From the NCBI GenBank assembly GCA_964645825.1, contig CAZXZY010000002.1, positions 1 to 57,349 of the forward strand: a DNA stretch of 57,349 nt, written 5' to 3'. The position numbers and the translations under genes are program-made. This stretch comes from an uncultured Gammaproteobacteria bacterium (GTDB lineage: Bacteria; Patescibacteriota; Patescibacteriia; UBA1558; GWA2-36-10). Below, piece after piece: positions 1 through 8,896 of this stretch. The number at the start of each line of letters is the position of its first letter. The first letter of the stretch is position 1. The notes under the pieces are model-generated. The model saw nothing but the letters and a program-made list of their open reading frames with translations. It had not been told where the DNA came from and did no database searches.

Positions 1-22
1 TATGCCTGACGGCAAGCATTTA

Positions 23-62
23 ATCCCCGCTCTCGAGCAACAGCTTGAGACGGGGGTTTTTA
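23..62 (+). terminator. Rho-independent terminator, copy 1 of a repeated ~40-nt hairpin module
   Basis: ATCCCCGCTCTCGAG-CAACAG-CTTGAGACGGGGG followed by TTTTTA. A near-identical copy lies at 3902-3942. Confidence 0.75.
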
Positions 63-220
63 TTTACTTTGATCCCCTCTTTACAAAACATCAAAAACAT
101 GGTAAAGCTAAAGTATCAAAAGTACGTTGAAAATTTAATGAATAAGAAAGGAGAAAAAAAGCTAAGAAAATTGATGTTTACGGTATTTTTAGTGGTATTA
201 ACGTATCTTGGAGGCACAAA

Positions 221-2581
221 ATGAAGTACAGATTTTACCTGATTATCGCCATGCTTTTGATCGCCATCAATGTCATGGCTCAAGATCAAAACTGGGAATG
301 GATTGGATTTGATGCCAGTCCAGCACAAGAAGTTGAAGTCCAATATTCTAGCAATGTTGTTCAGATTCACATGTCTGGATTTTATGTTCAGACAGACTCT
401 ATCTACAGCAAGCTACAATTTGCAGATGAAACTTCTTATCTTTGGGAAGAAGGAAAAGCAGAAATGCCAGTCATTCAAGTTCCTTATGCAACGTCAGCCA
501 CTGGTGGCGTAAATGTTGTAGTGGAAGTTGCTGACTCAACTGTTTTTACAAACTTCCTAATAGCCCCACAACAACCCGACAGAATGTTGGATGATTCAAC
601 TAAGGTATTGCCTTTTGTTATTGATGAGGAATTTTATGCTAGCGATGAATTTTGGCCAGTTAACAAATTCCACGTCACTGACCCGGTCATTTCCGGATAT
701 GTACGATCAGTCACGGTTACCACTCATCCATTTCGTTGGAATCCTACAACCGGAGATCTGATCGTCTATCATGATTTTGCTGTAGTGATTACAGAAGAAG
801 GCATTGGAGAAAATCCCATGACCTTTATTCCTGACCCTACTACCAGCCAAGACATGATGTACGGCACACTCTTTCCTAACTATCAACCGATGGTTCGGAC
901 TGAAGCACCATTTTATCCTTCGTTGCTGGTTGTCGTTCCTGAAATATTTTCAGAACTACCTGCACTAGATGACTGGATTAAATGGAAAAGACACATTGGC
1001 TATGCCCCTGTCGTGGAAATAGTGTCAAACAATGTGACCACTCAAGAAGTCTATGATGTAATCCACGAAAATTACACCAGCGACAATTTGTTTGGCTATG
1101 TCCAATTAATTGGTGGCCATGAACATATTCCCATGATTGCCGACACTCTTCGTCATGGTGGTATGTGGGATGAAATCTATTCTGATCACTGGTACACCAT
1201 GCAAAATGGTCAAGACGAATCACCGGATGTAAACATTGGGCGTTTCTCAGCTGAGCCGACCGACACTGTTTTAACTGTTCAACAACAAGTTGAGATCCAA
1301 TTGATCAAAAGCATGTTTGTAGAACAAAATCTGCTTCCAGATTGGAACGCACAAGCTGTCGAGCTAGTAACTCATCGAGAGTATGGCCCGAATAATCCTT
1401 ACGAATTTGTCAAATGTGCTCGGATTGTACAAGGTTTGATCGACAACAACAGCAATGGCTTTTTCTCAGTAGATACCGTTTTTGGTATGCATAGTAATGG
1501 CACTAAAGAACGAGCTATTATACTGATGGAAGAAGAGTCCGGTCGTTGCGATGTTTTCTACAATGGACATGGTGGACACTGGTGCTGGTGGCATTGGGAT
1601 AATAATAGTGAATCCTTTGAATCCTGGGAGGCTCGTTCGTTGGAAATGAATGAGAAACCGCCTCGTATGTACGGCTTCGCTTGTAACAACAGCCCCATTC
1701 AAGATGCTCGCCTTACTATTGCTGAAGCATCCTGTTTTAACCCCAATGGCGCCTTGACCTATCTAGGTGGAACCGCTAGCACAAGCTACAGTGGTAATTA
1801 TCACCACCAAATCTATCTGTCACAGGCACTGTATCAATTTGATATCTGCCAGAATTACACCGATCTTGGCTCTGTGCTTTACCATGGCAAAATTAGACTG
1901 CAACAAAACGGCAATTTTACTTGCCGCAAAAATGTTGTCTGGTACATCTTGCTTGGTGACGTTACTTCAAAGATTCGACATCGCCCTAATCCACAACCAC
2001 TGACTGTTGATGCCTATGAATTTTATTGTGAAGGACAAGAACCCAAGATCATGTCCGTCAACTATGGCGGCTTACCCATGGAAGGAGCAATTGTCACTCT
2101 ACTGAATGCCACGGACTCTTCATTTGTGGCCCAACAGACCACAAATGGAACTGGTCAAATACAAATCTACGGTGACATTCCTCGTGGTGAATATCTGGTC
2201 ACTGCTTCACGACCTGATTATTGGCACGATACCGCCGTTATCACTGTTGGTTCGGCTCCTGCTCCGGTTTTAAACCCAATTCAATTTTCCTATCAAGGAC
2301 ACGTGCATCTAGGCTGGTTCATGCCACCAAACGATTGTTTTAATGGTAATATCACTTATCGAGTTTACATCAGTGAAAATCCCTATGAACTCGGCGAAAT
2401 ATTAGCCGATATCACAGAAACCTGGTATGTGCACACACGCGTATGGATAGACTATCCTAATGGAGCATTTTACACAGTACGGGCTCACGACGGCAGTCTC
2501 CCACATCCAGATCGCACCGTACCTAGTGGGCCTTATCCGGACAGACTTTTTTCGTATCCACCACAAAGATCAACTGAATGA
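221..2581 (+). CDS. Secreted peptidase C25 (gingipain-like) family protein with C-terminal CarboxypepD_reg-like/FN3-like domains
   Basis: Signal-peptide-like MKYRFYLIIAMLLIAINVMAQ. His/Cys dyad context YNGHGGHW ... YGFACNNSP, about 38 aa apart as in gingipains. Beta-sandwich segment GAIVTLLNATD...GEYLVTASRPDYW. GGAGG lies 6 nt upstream of the ATG. Confidence 0.6.
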   Translation: MKYRFYLIIAMLLIAINVMAQDQNWEWIGFDASPAQEVEVQYSSNVVQIHMSGFYVQTDSIYSKLQFADETSYLWEEGKAEMPVIQVPYATSATGGVNVVVEVADSTVFTNFLIAPQQPDRMLDDSTKVLPFVIDEEFYASDEFWPVNKFHVTDPVISGYVRSVTVTTHPFRWNPTTGDLIVYHDFAVVITEEGIGENPMTFIPDPTTSQDMMYGTLFPNYQPMVRTEAPFYPSLLVVVPEIFSELPALDDWIKWKRHIGYAPVVEIVSNNVTTQEVYDVIHENYTSDNLFGYVQLIGGHEHIPMIADTLRHGGMWDEIYSDHWYTMQNGQDESPDVNIGRFSAEPTDTVLTVQQQVEIQLIKSMFVEQNLLPDWNAQAVELVTHREYGPNNPYEFVKCARIVQGLIDNNSNGFFSVDTVFGMHSNGTKERAIILMEEESGRCDVFYNGHGGHWCWWHWDNNSESFESWEARSLEMNEKPPRMYGFACNNSPIQDARLTIAEASCFNPNGALTYLGGTASTSYSGNYHHQIYLSQALYQFDICQNYTDLGSVLYHGKIRLQQNGNFTCRKNVVWYILLGDVTSKIRHRPNPQPLTVDAYEFYCEGQEPKIMSVNYGGLPMEGAIVTLLNATDSSFVAQQTTNGTGQIQIYGDIPRGEYLVTASRPDYWHDTAVITVGSAPAPVLNPIQFSYQGHVHLGWFMPPNDCFNGNITYRVYISENPYELGEILADITETWYVHTRVWIDYPNGAFYTVRAHDGSLPHPDRTVPSGPYPDRLFSYPPQRSTE

Positions 2582-2592
2582 CAGGAGGTAAT

Positions 2593-3891
2593 ATGAGAAC
2601 GCTCTTCTTGCTTCTACTGTTGCCTCTGATGCTTGAGGCACAGTGGACGCTAATTCCTGGCACGACCAACTTTGAACTTTGCGGAGTTCACCCCACCATC
2701 CCTGAACTTATCTTTGAACGTAATTTAATGACAACGAACAACGGCGAGGATTGGTTAAATGTTTATCCAGCTCCTCTATCCAGCATTCATTGTCATCCAG
2801 GCTCTCCGGACACATTATTTTTTGTCGGAGATACCTTTCGTTCTGAAACTGATCACCCGGTTTATCACAGCTTTGATGGAGGTCAAAGTTGGACATTTCT
2901 TGGAACTTCTGAAAGCTGGCTTTTTCCAGAGTATAGTTTTATTACTGATATGGAGATAGTCAACGATGTGATTCACGCTTCAATGAATAACGGTGGCTAC
3001 ACCTATTCTGAAAACTGGGGAACAAGCTGGCAAAGCCACAACAACACTAGTTCACCAAACAACTTTGAAATAGAAGTTGATGCTAGCACCACGCCACCGA
3101 CTATTTATATCGGCAGTCGAGCTTTTGGTGATTTAGGCAAAGTCGAGCGTAGCACTGATGGCGGACAAACTTGGGAAGTAATTCTTGGTAATCAGGAATC
3201 TATTGATGTGCTTGATTTAAAGATTGATCCCGTCAATCCAGCTATTGTCTATGCCGTATGCATGGAGATCTGGACAGAAAAAACCATTGTTTATCTATTG
3301 AACCAATCTAACAAGGAGATAATCTTTGAAAGTGAAGCTCAATCTGGTGATCGTGGACACATTTGGATCAATCAAGAAAATCCTAATTGGCTATATTTGG
3401 CCATTGGATGCCAGGAATCAATCTATGTTTCTCGAGACAATGGTCAGACTTGGAGCAGTTTACTTTGGAATCTAGAATTCGAACCGAACTTCCAATTTGT
3501 GGACAACGCCAATCTTCGACTATCCCAACCAAATCATCTGGTGGTTAGTGCTCAAATTAATGGCACGCGTTATCTTTATCAGTTGACAGACACCGGTCAA
3601 GAAGATGTACTTACCTTGATCACTCAAGCAAACTCTCTGTTACTGACTAGCTACCCAAATCCTTTCAACCCTGAAACCAAGATTAATTTTTATCTGCCAC
3701 GAGCTGAGAAAGTTGATCTCACGATTTACAATTTGCAAGGTCAAAAAGTAATCACCCTCAAGACTGGTTATTGTACTGCTGGAGCCCACACCGTGGACTT
3801 CGACGGCACTAACTTGCCATCTGGGACTTACTTCTACACCCTGCAAACCAAAAACTCCACCACAACTCGCAAGATGTTGTTGGTGAAGTAA
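2593..3891 (+). CDS. BNR/Asp-box repeat (sialidase/sortilin-like beta-propeller) protein with T9SS-type (Por/FlgD-Ig-like) C-terminal sorting domain
   Basis: Asp-box motifs SFDGGQSW, STDGGQTW, SRDNGQTW and SENWGTSW. C-terminus LTSYPNPFNPETKINFYLP...LTIYNLQGQKV...GTYFYTLQT is typical of the TIGR04183-like tail. I prefer the ATG at 2593 (AGGAGG-taat-ATG, then signal peptide MRTLFLLLLLPLMLEAQ) over the track start at 2578. Confidence 0.7.
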   Translation: MRTLFLLLLLPLMLEAQWTLIPGTTNFELCGVHPTIPELIFERNLMTTNNGEDWLNVYPAPLSSIHCHPGSPDTLFFVGDTFRSETDHPVYHSFDGGQSWTFLGTSESWLFPEYSFITDMEIVNDVIHASMNNGGYTYSENWGTSWQSHNNTSSPNNFEIEVDASTTPPTIYIGSRAFGDLGKVERSTDGGQTWEVILGNQESIDVLDLKIDPVNPAIVYAVCMEIWTEKTIVYLLNQSNKEIIFESEAQSGDRGHIWINQENPNWLYLAIGCQESIYVSRDNGQTWSSLLWNLEFEPNFQFVDNANLRLSQPNHLVVSAQINGTRYLYQLTDTGQEDVLTLITQANSLLLTSYPNPFNPETKINFYLPRAEKVDLTIYNLQGQKVITLKTGYCTAGAHTVDFDGTNLPSGTYFYTLQTKNSTTTRKMLLVK

Positions 3892-3901
3892 CACACTCCA
3901 A

Positions 3902-3942
3902 ATCCCCGCTTTTAAGCAACAGCTTGAAACGGGGGTTTTTTA
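3902..3942. terminator. Rho-independent terminator, copy 2 of the repeated module; bidirectional between convergent genes
   Basis: ATCCCCGCTTTTAAG-CAACAG-CTTGAAACGGGGG followed by TTTTTTA. It differs from copy 1 by stem changes that preserve pairing. Confidence 0.75.
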
Positions 3943-4743
3943 TTTTGTCTCGGGCAATGCTTTGCCTTTGAATTTTTTTAAATATTTTATAAAGCTAGAA
4001 ATATGATAACGAGCCGATCTATTAAATATGGCTTTCAAAAAACTATTCTGTGCTGACTCTCTTTTATGTAAATGAATAACCTCAGCCTCACCTACATAGG
4101 CTACTTTAAAATCATTTTCCCAAAAACGTCGCGACCAATCTAGGTCTTCCAAATACATAAAATAACGCTCATCCAATAAGCCAACTTGCTCTAAAACGCT
4201 ATGGCGAATAATCAAGCAAGCACCAAACAAAACCGGCACATAAAAATTATGAGCATGATTTACATCTTTCATTAGATAATCATCTAGCCACCTTCTGCCC
4301 ATTTTAGTTTTACCTAAAAAAGTACGGCGATAAAAAGGCAAACGCCAATCAGGAAAACCAGTGCAGGAATATTGCAAACTTTTGTCTGCATTGATTAAAC
4401 GCGGTCCAGCCAATCCTACTTCCGGATGCGTTTCCATGTATTGATGCAAAATTTGAAAAGCATCCGAAAATATTGCTAAATCCGGATTGCAGATCATGAT
4501 GTATTTTCCACTAGCCACTCTAATGCCAATATTATTTCCAGCAGCAAAACCATCGTTGGTTTTATTTTGAATAAATGTAACTTTACTATTATTTTTGACA
4601 ACACCCCCTACTCCATCATAAGTACCATTATCGATAACAATAATTTCATACTCAAAAGGCAGAGATAAATTATTAATATTAGCTAATAATTCTCTAACTA
4701 AATCTTTTTGCTTATAATTTAAAATAATAATTGATAACTCCAT
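3940..4743 (-). CDS. GT2 family glycosyltransferase (rhamnosyltransferase-like)
   Basis: GT-A motifs SIIILNYKQ, IVIDNGTYDG, NDGFAAGNNIG, NPD and YLEDLDWSRR. Confidence 0.85.
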   Translation of the reverse strand: MELSIIILNYKQKDLVRELLANINNLSLPFEYEIIVIDNGTYDGVGGVVKNNSKVTFIQNKTNDGFAAGNNIGIRVASGKYIMICNPDLAIFSDAFQILHQYMETHPEVGLAGPRLINADKSLQYSCTGFPDWRLPFYRRTFLGKTKMGRRWLDDYLMKDVNHAHNFYVPVLFGACLIIRHSVLEQVGLLDERYFMYLEDLDWSRRFWENDFKVAYVGEAEVIHLHKRESAQNSFLKAIFNRSARYHISSFIKYLKKFKGKALPETK

Positions 4744-4744
4744 A

Positions 4745-5740
4745 TTATTTCCACCAATTACGCATGTCTTCAGGATTAGTTTTTCTATTGTTCTTTATAT
4801 ATTGTCTTTTTTTCTTAAGTTTCTTTTTTAACTTTAAAAATTCTACTAAGCCTTGCAAGGTTTTTGCTTCAAAAATAATAAAATAAAGAATTTTTTTTAA
4901 TTCATAAAATACAATATAAAAAAAATCGCGCCAAATATTAGAGACAAAAGAATTTTTGTATAGCGTAGCTAAATGATTACGGTAAGATAATTTATTAGTG
5001 ATCCCTCTGTTTTTACGATCTGATCTACTAGACTTTGCCTTGGAAATACTACGATGATGATAAGCTACGGTAGAAGTAACTAACCAGTTTTCATAGCCAG
5101 CCAAACGAAAACGCCAGGCCAAATCTATATCTTCTTTATAAGAAAAATAATCTTCATCAAAATATTCAAACTGGTCATTATTTTTTGGCAACCTTACAAC
5201 TTCTAAAGCGGCTCGTCTGACTAACAATGCCGTACCTGACAGACCAAATACTTCCTTGTCATCTAATGAGTAATCTGCTTTACCTTGTTGCCAATCTATA
5301 ACTTTACGATTTTTATTTATCTTTAAACCAAAAGAATCAATAATTTTTGTGGTGTTTGATTGCTCAAAATCCCAATACAAAAGTTTACCAGAAACACTGG
5401 CCACGTTAGGATTTTTATCAAGAAAATCAATAGCGTCTTCCAAATAATTAGGCGCCAACATTAAATCTTGATTGAGAAATAGTATATAATCTGATTTTGA
5501 CCAACTAACAAGTAGATTGTGTCCTTTAGCAAAACCAAGATTTGTTTTTTGTTGAATAACTTTGGCTGGTGGATAATATTCTTTGACTGTAGCCACTGAT
5601 TGATCATTTGAAGCATTATCCAAGACCAAAAGTTCCCAATCTTTATAAGTTTGATTTTCTAAACTTTTTAATAACCACGGTAAATAACGCGCGCCATTCC
5701 AAGTCAATAAACTAATTGTTATTTTTGGTCGATCGCTCAT
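4745..5740 (-). CDS. GT2 family glycosyltransferase
   Basis: ISLLTWNGARYL, LVLDNASNDQS, NLGFAKGHN, LNQD and KEDIDLAWR. Confidence 0.85.
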   Translation of the reverse strand: MSDRPKITISLLTWNGARYLPWLLKSLENQTYKDWELLVLDNASNDQSVATVKEYYPPAKVIQQKTNLGFAKGHNLLVSWSKSDYILFLNQDLMLAPNYLEDAIDFLDKNPNVASVSGKLLYWDFEQSNTTKIIDSFGLKINKNRKVIDWQQGKADYSLDDKEVFGLSGTALLVRRAALEVVRLPKNNDQFEYFDEDYFSYKEDIDLAWRFRLAGYENWLVTSTVAYHHRSISKAKSSRSDRKNRGITNKLSYRNHLATLYKNSFVSNIWRDFFYIVFYELKKILYFIIFEAKTLQGLVEFLKLKKKLKKKRQYIKNNRKTNPEDMRNWWK

Positions 5741-6612
5741 TATTTTTTATAATAATATTTTACGCTAAAAGCATAAATAGCTGTTAATAAGATATTTATT
5801 GGAATAATCAAAACAATGGCAAGGGTTTCCCAAACAGGACGATGTTTTAAAAAGTATCTTAATAAACTAAAATTAAAAAACATTTGTTTACGCATAATCC
5901 TCTGCTTAGCGAAGCTAGTTCCACTATGGTGTACAATAGAAGCAGTTGGTAAATAACGAACAATTATATTTTTCTTTTTAGCCCTCTGACAATAATCTAC
6001 TTCTTCAAACCAAACAAAAAATCTTTCATCTAAAAAACCTAGTTTCTCAAAAGTAGCCCGGGTAATAACCATGGCTGCACCCATGATCTGTTCGGCATTT
6101 TGCTCTTTATTATAATTAAAATCATCAGCAAAATAACTTCTAAAAATTTTATTTTTGGGTACTAAATTGCGTATTTTAAATAATATTAATAATTGTGATA
6201 ATAGTTTTGGAAAACGACGGATAGACTGTTGCAAACTATGATCAGAATTTAAAATTCGTGGTCCCAAAATACCGACTTCAGAATGCACATCCAGATAGCT
6301 AATAATTGTTTTAAAAAAACCCATCTCCACTTCAGTGTCAGGATTTAATAAAAATAAATATCTACCCTTAGCTTGCTTTAGAGCAATATTATTTGCTTTA
6401 GCAAATCCATTATTGGAAGACAGGGTGATCATGGTCACTTGTGGAAATTGAGCCATAACCATCTCTGGCGTACCGTCACGTGAATCGTTATCCACTACAA
6501 AAATTTCAGTAGTAAAATCTGCTGTATCGGCAATAATGGAATCTAGGCATTTTTCTAATAATGGCCTAACTTTCCAATTAACAATGACAATGGAAATATC
6601 TACTTTATGCAT
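5740..6612 (-). CDS. GT2 family glycosyltransferase with C-terminal membrane anchor
   Basis: SIVIVNWKV, VVDNDSRDGT, NNGFAKANN, LLNPD and EEVDYCQR, with a hydrophobic C-terminus. Confidence 0.85.
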   Translation of the reverse strand: MHKVDISIVIVNWKVRPLLEKCLDSIIADTADFTTEIFVVDNDSRDGTPEMVMAQFPQVTMITLSSNNGFAKANNIALKQAKGRYLFLLNPDTEVEMGFFKTIISYLDVHSEVGILGPRILNSDHSLQQSIRRFPKLLSQLLILFKIRNLVPKNKIFRSYFADDFNYNKEQNAEQIMGAAMVITRATFEKLGFLDERFFVWFEEVDYCQRAKKKNIIVRYLPTASIVHHSGTSFAKQRIMRKQMFFNFSLLRYFLKHRPVWETLAIVLIIPINILLTAIYAFSVKYYYKK

Positions 6613-6613
6613 A

Positions 6614-7783
6614 TTAACTTAATTTTGTATTAATCAAATCCATCATTTTATCAACTACACTAATCCAAGAATGTTTTTTGGCCAATTCTTGTCTAGCTTG
6701 TTGCTGCTCTACACTGTCTGCTTTTAATAAATTATTTAATTTGTTATTAAAATCTTCATAATTATCGGCTACTGCGATCATATCATCAATATTATCAGTA
6801 CCAGAATTTTTAGTGGCCACAACTGGCTTACCACAAGCTAAATATTCGTACATTTTCATTGGGTTAGTACTAGAGCTGAATTCCGCTTGTTGATGTGGAA
6901 TAATCCCAATATCAAATTGCTGAATATACATCGGTGCTTCACTGTAAGCTTTGTAGCCTAGGAAATAAATGTTTGGTAAATCATTAACGCTTTTTCTTAG
7001 TTCATCCTGCTCACTCCACACTGGGCCTACTAAGGCAATGGATTTTTTAGGATTTTCCTTAGCTAAGTGTTGAATTAATTTAAGATCTACTCTGTCTTGA
7101 ATGACACCGATATATCCAATGATCGGCCGTGGAACATCTGCTACATCACGATTTACCAAAGGAAATTTTTGATTATAATGTTTATAATCTACACCATTTG
7201 GTATCCAATAAACATTTGGTTGATCATCAAAAAAATGAACCAACTTTTGAGAAACAGTAAAAATGACATCAGCTTGATTTTTAAAAATATTATAAGCGTC
7301 GGTCAAGCGTTGTTTATATTTTTGATAAGAAGAATGACTCAGCCAATTATCAACGGCATCAAAGATGGTCAATTTTTGTCCTAAATTATTTAGATATGGA
7401 GCAATAAAAGGAAAAAATGACCAAACTGCTATATCGCCAAAATTTAAATCCAGGGCCACTTTTTTAATATTATTTAAGGTATGATTTGGTCGTAACCAAA
7501 AATTAACATCCGAATAAACATAAAGCTTATCAGAAACCTTAGTGACTTTACTGGTTAATTTTCTTTGTGTAACTTTACCTTTTTTTAAATTTAAAACAAT
7601 ATTCTCTTTATAATTACGAAGAGATCTTTTCCAGTTTAAAGGCAGATAATCAACAGCTAAAATCTTACCTACCTGTTCATTTTGCAATAACTGTTGTAGG
7701 ACATGATAATTACGGTTAGATACGCCCTCTTCCCATTCAGAAAAGTTGGACATATTAAACATGATTACATCAAATTTTTTCAT
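6614..7783 (-). CDS. GT-B fold glycosyltransferase (GT1/GT4-like, TuaH-like)
   Basis: C-terminal GT-B signature IGYIGVIQDRVD ... ALVGP ... NPMKMYEYLACGKPVVAT. Confidence 0.7.
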   Translation of the reverse strand: MKKFDVIMFNMSNFSEWEEGVSNRNYHVLQQLLQNEQVGKILAVDYLPLNWKRSLRNYKENIVLNLKKGKVTQRKLTSKVTKVSDKLYVYSDVNFWLRPNHTLNNIKKVALDLNFGDIAVWSFFPFIAPYLNNLGQKLTIFDAVDNWLSHSSYQKYKQRLTDAYNIFKNQADVIFTVSQKLVHFFDDQPNVYWIPNGVDYKHYNQKFPLVNRDVADVPRPIIGYIGVIQDRVDLKLIQHLAKENPKKSIALVGPVWSEQDELRKSVNDLPNIYFLGYKAYSEAPMYIQQFDIGIIPHQQAEFSSSTNPMKMYEYLACGKPVVATKNSGTDNIDDMIAVADNYEDFNNKLNNLLKADSVEQQQARQELAKKHSWISVVDKMMDLINTKLS

Positions 7784-7792
7784 AATTTTATT

Positions 7793-8887
7793 CTATAAAC
7801 AATCAGCTAATTTTTTACTCTGTTCTTTAGCCGAAGGAAATTCTTGACTACGCTTGTAAGCATTTTGTGCTAATTTCCAGCTCGTCTCACAATCAGTAGC
7901 AAATAATCTAATAGCACTAGATAATTCTTCTAAATTATCAGCTTCCACTAATAAAGCATTTTCTTGGTTAGTTAAAATTTCTTTTACTCCTCCACTGTTT
8001 CCTGCAATGATAGGTAATTGGCAAGTAGCTGCTTCTAAGAAAACAAGTCCGAATCCTTCAACGTCAACATTGCTCAAACGGTGCGGAGTAACAAAAATAT
8101 TAGCTAATTTATAATAATATATCAAGTCAGAATCCGCAACATGACCAGCCCAAATTATTTTGTCAGTTACTTGTCGTTCCTCAGCTAATTTTAGTAAATT
8201 TTCTTTCTCCTCGCCAAAACCTACTACTAAATATTTAAGCGGTAAATCAGAGTTAGCCTTTAGCGCCTCAATAACTAAATCATGTCCTTTACGTTTATTT
8301 AAACGACCAACCGTTAATAACACCAAATCATCATCAGTAATACCAAGTTTTTTCTCTAAATCAAGTAATTTTTCTTGACTAATGTGGGTTTGTAAATCAA
8401 AACTTGGATATAAAACTTTTAATTTACTTTCTGGTAAATTTAGATGCTTTATTAAATTAGCTGTATTTTGACTATTAGTAATAATCAACTTTGCATTAAA
8501 TAAAATTTGCTTGGCTAATCTAGGTTTGTTTTTCAAAGCTAAATTTATATCTAAACCATGTAAAGAAATAATATATGGAATTTTATATAATTTAAACAAC
8601 AAATAGCTCAAACTACCAAAAGGTAAAATATTTGGAGTAAAAATCTGCTCTATTTTGTGCTGCTTAATTAATTTTTTTATTTTGAAAAAACTAAATGACC
8701 AACTTGGTTTAAAAAAATTACTAATTAAATTTAAGTGCAAAATATTATCTTGCGTCTTAACCTGTTTATTGTCAGTAACAACCAAATATTTATCTTGTGG
8801 TAAATGTTTAAACAAATTATAAACATAACGAGATACCCCGCCAGGAAAAGGAAAATATTCATGAGTAAGTACTAAAGTTTTTTTCAT
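7793..8887 (-). CDS. GT4 family glycosyltransferase
   Basis: GRLNKRKGHD ... VEGFGLVFLEAATCQLPIIAGNSGGVKEIL (E-x7-E region). Confidence 0.85.
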   Translation of the reverse strand: MKKTLVLTHEYFPFPGGVSRYVYNLFKHLPQDKYLVVTDNKQVKTQDNILHLNLISNFFKPSWSFSFFKIKKLIKQHKIEQIFTPNILPFGSLSYLLFKLYKIPYIISLHGLDINLALKNKPRLAKQILFNAKLIITNSQNTANLIKHLNLPESKLKVLYPSFDLQTHISQEKLLDLEKKLGITDDDLVLLTVGRLNKRKGHDLVIEALKANSDLPLKYLVVGFGEEKENLLKLAEERQVTDKIIWAGHVADSDLIYYYKLANIFVTPHRLSNVDVEGFGLVFLEAATCQLPIIAGNSGGVKEILTNQENALLVEADNLEELSSAIRLFATDCETSWKLAQNAYKRSQEFPSAKEQSKKLADCL

Positions 8888-8896
8888 GACTATAAT

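Noticed and set aside
116-512. Short ORFs at 116-370 (-) and 270-512 (+).
   Set aside because: They overlap the 5' end of the C25-like gene in other frames and have no independent support.
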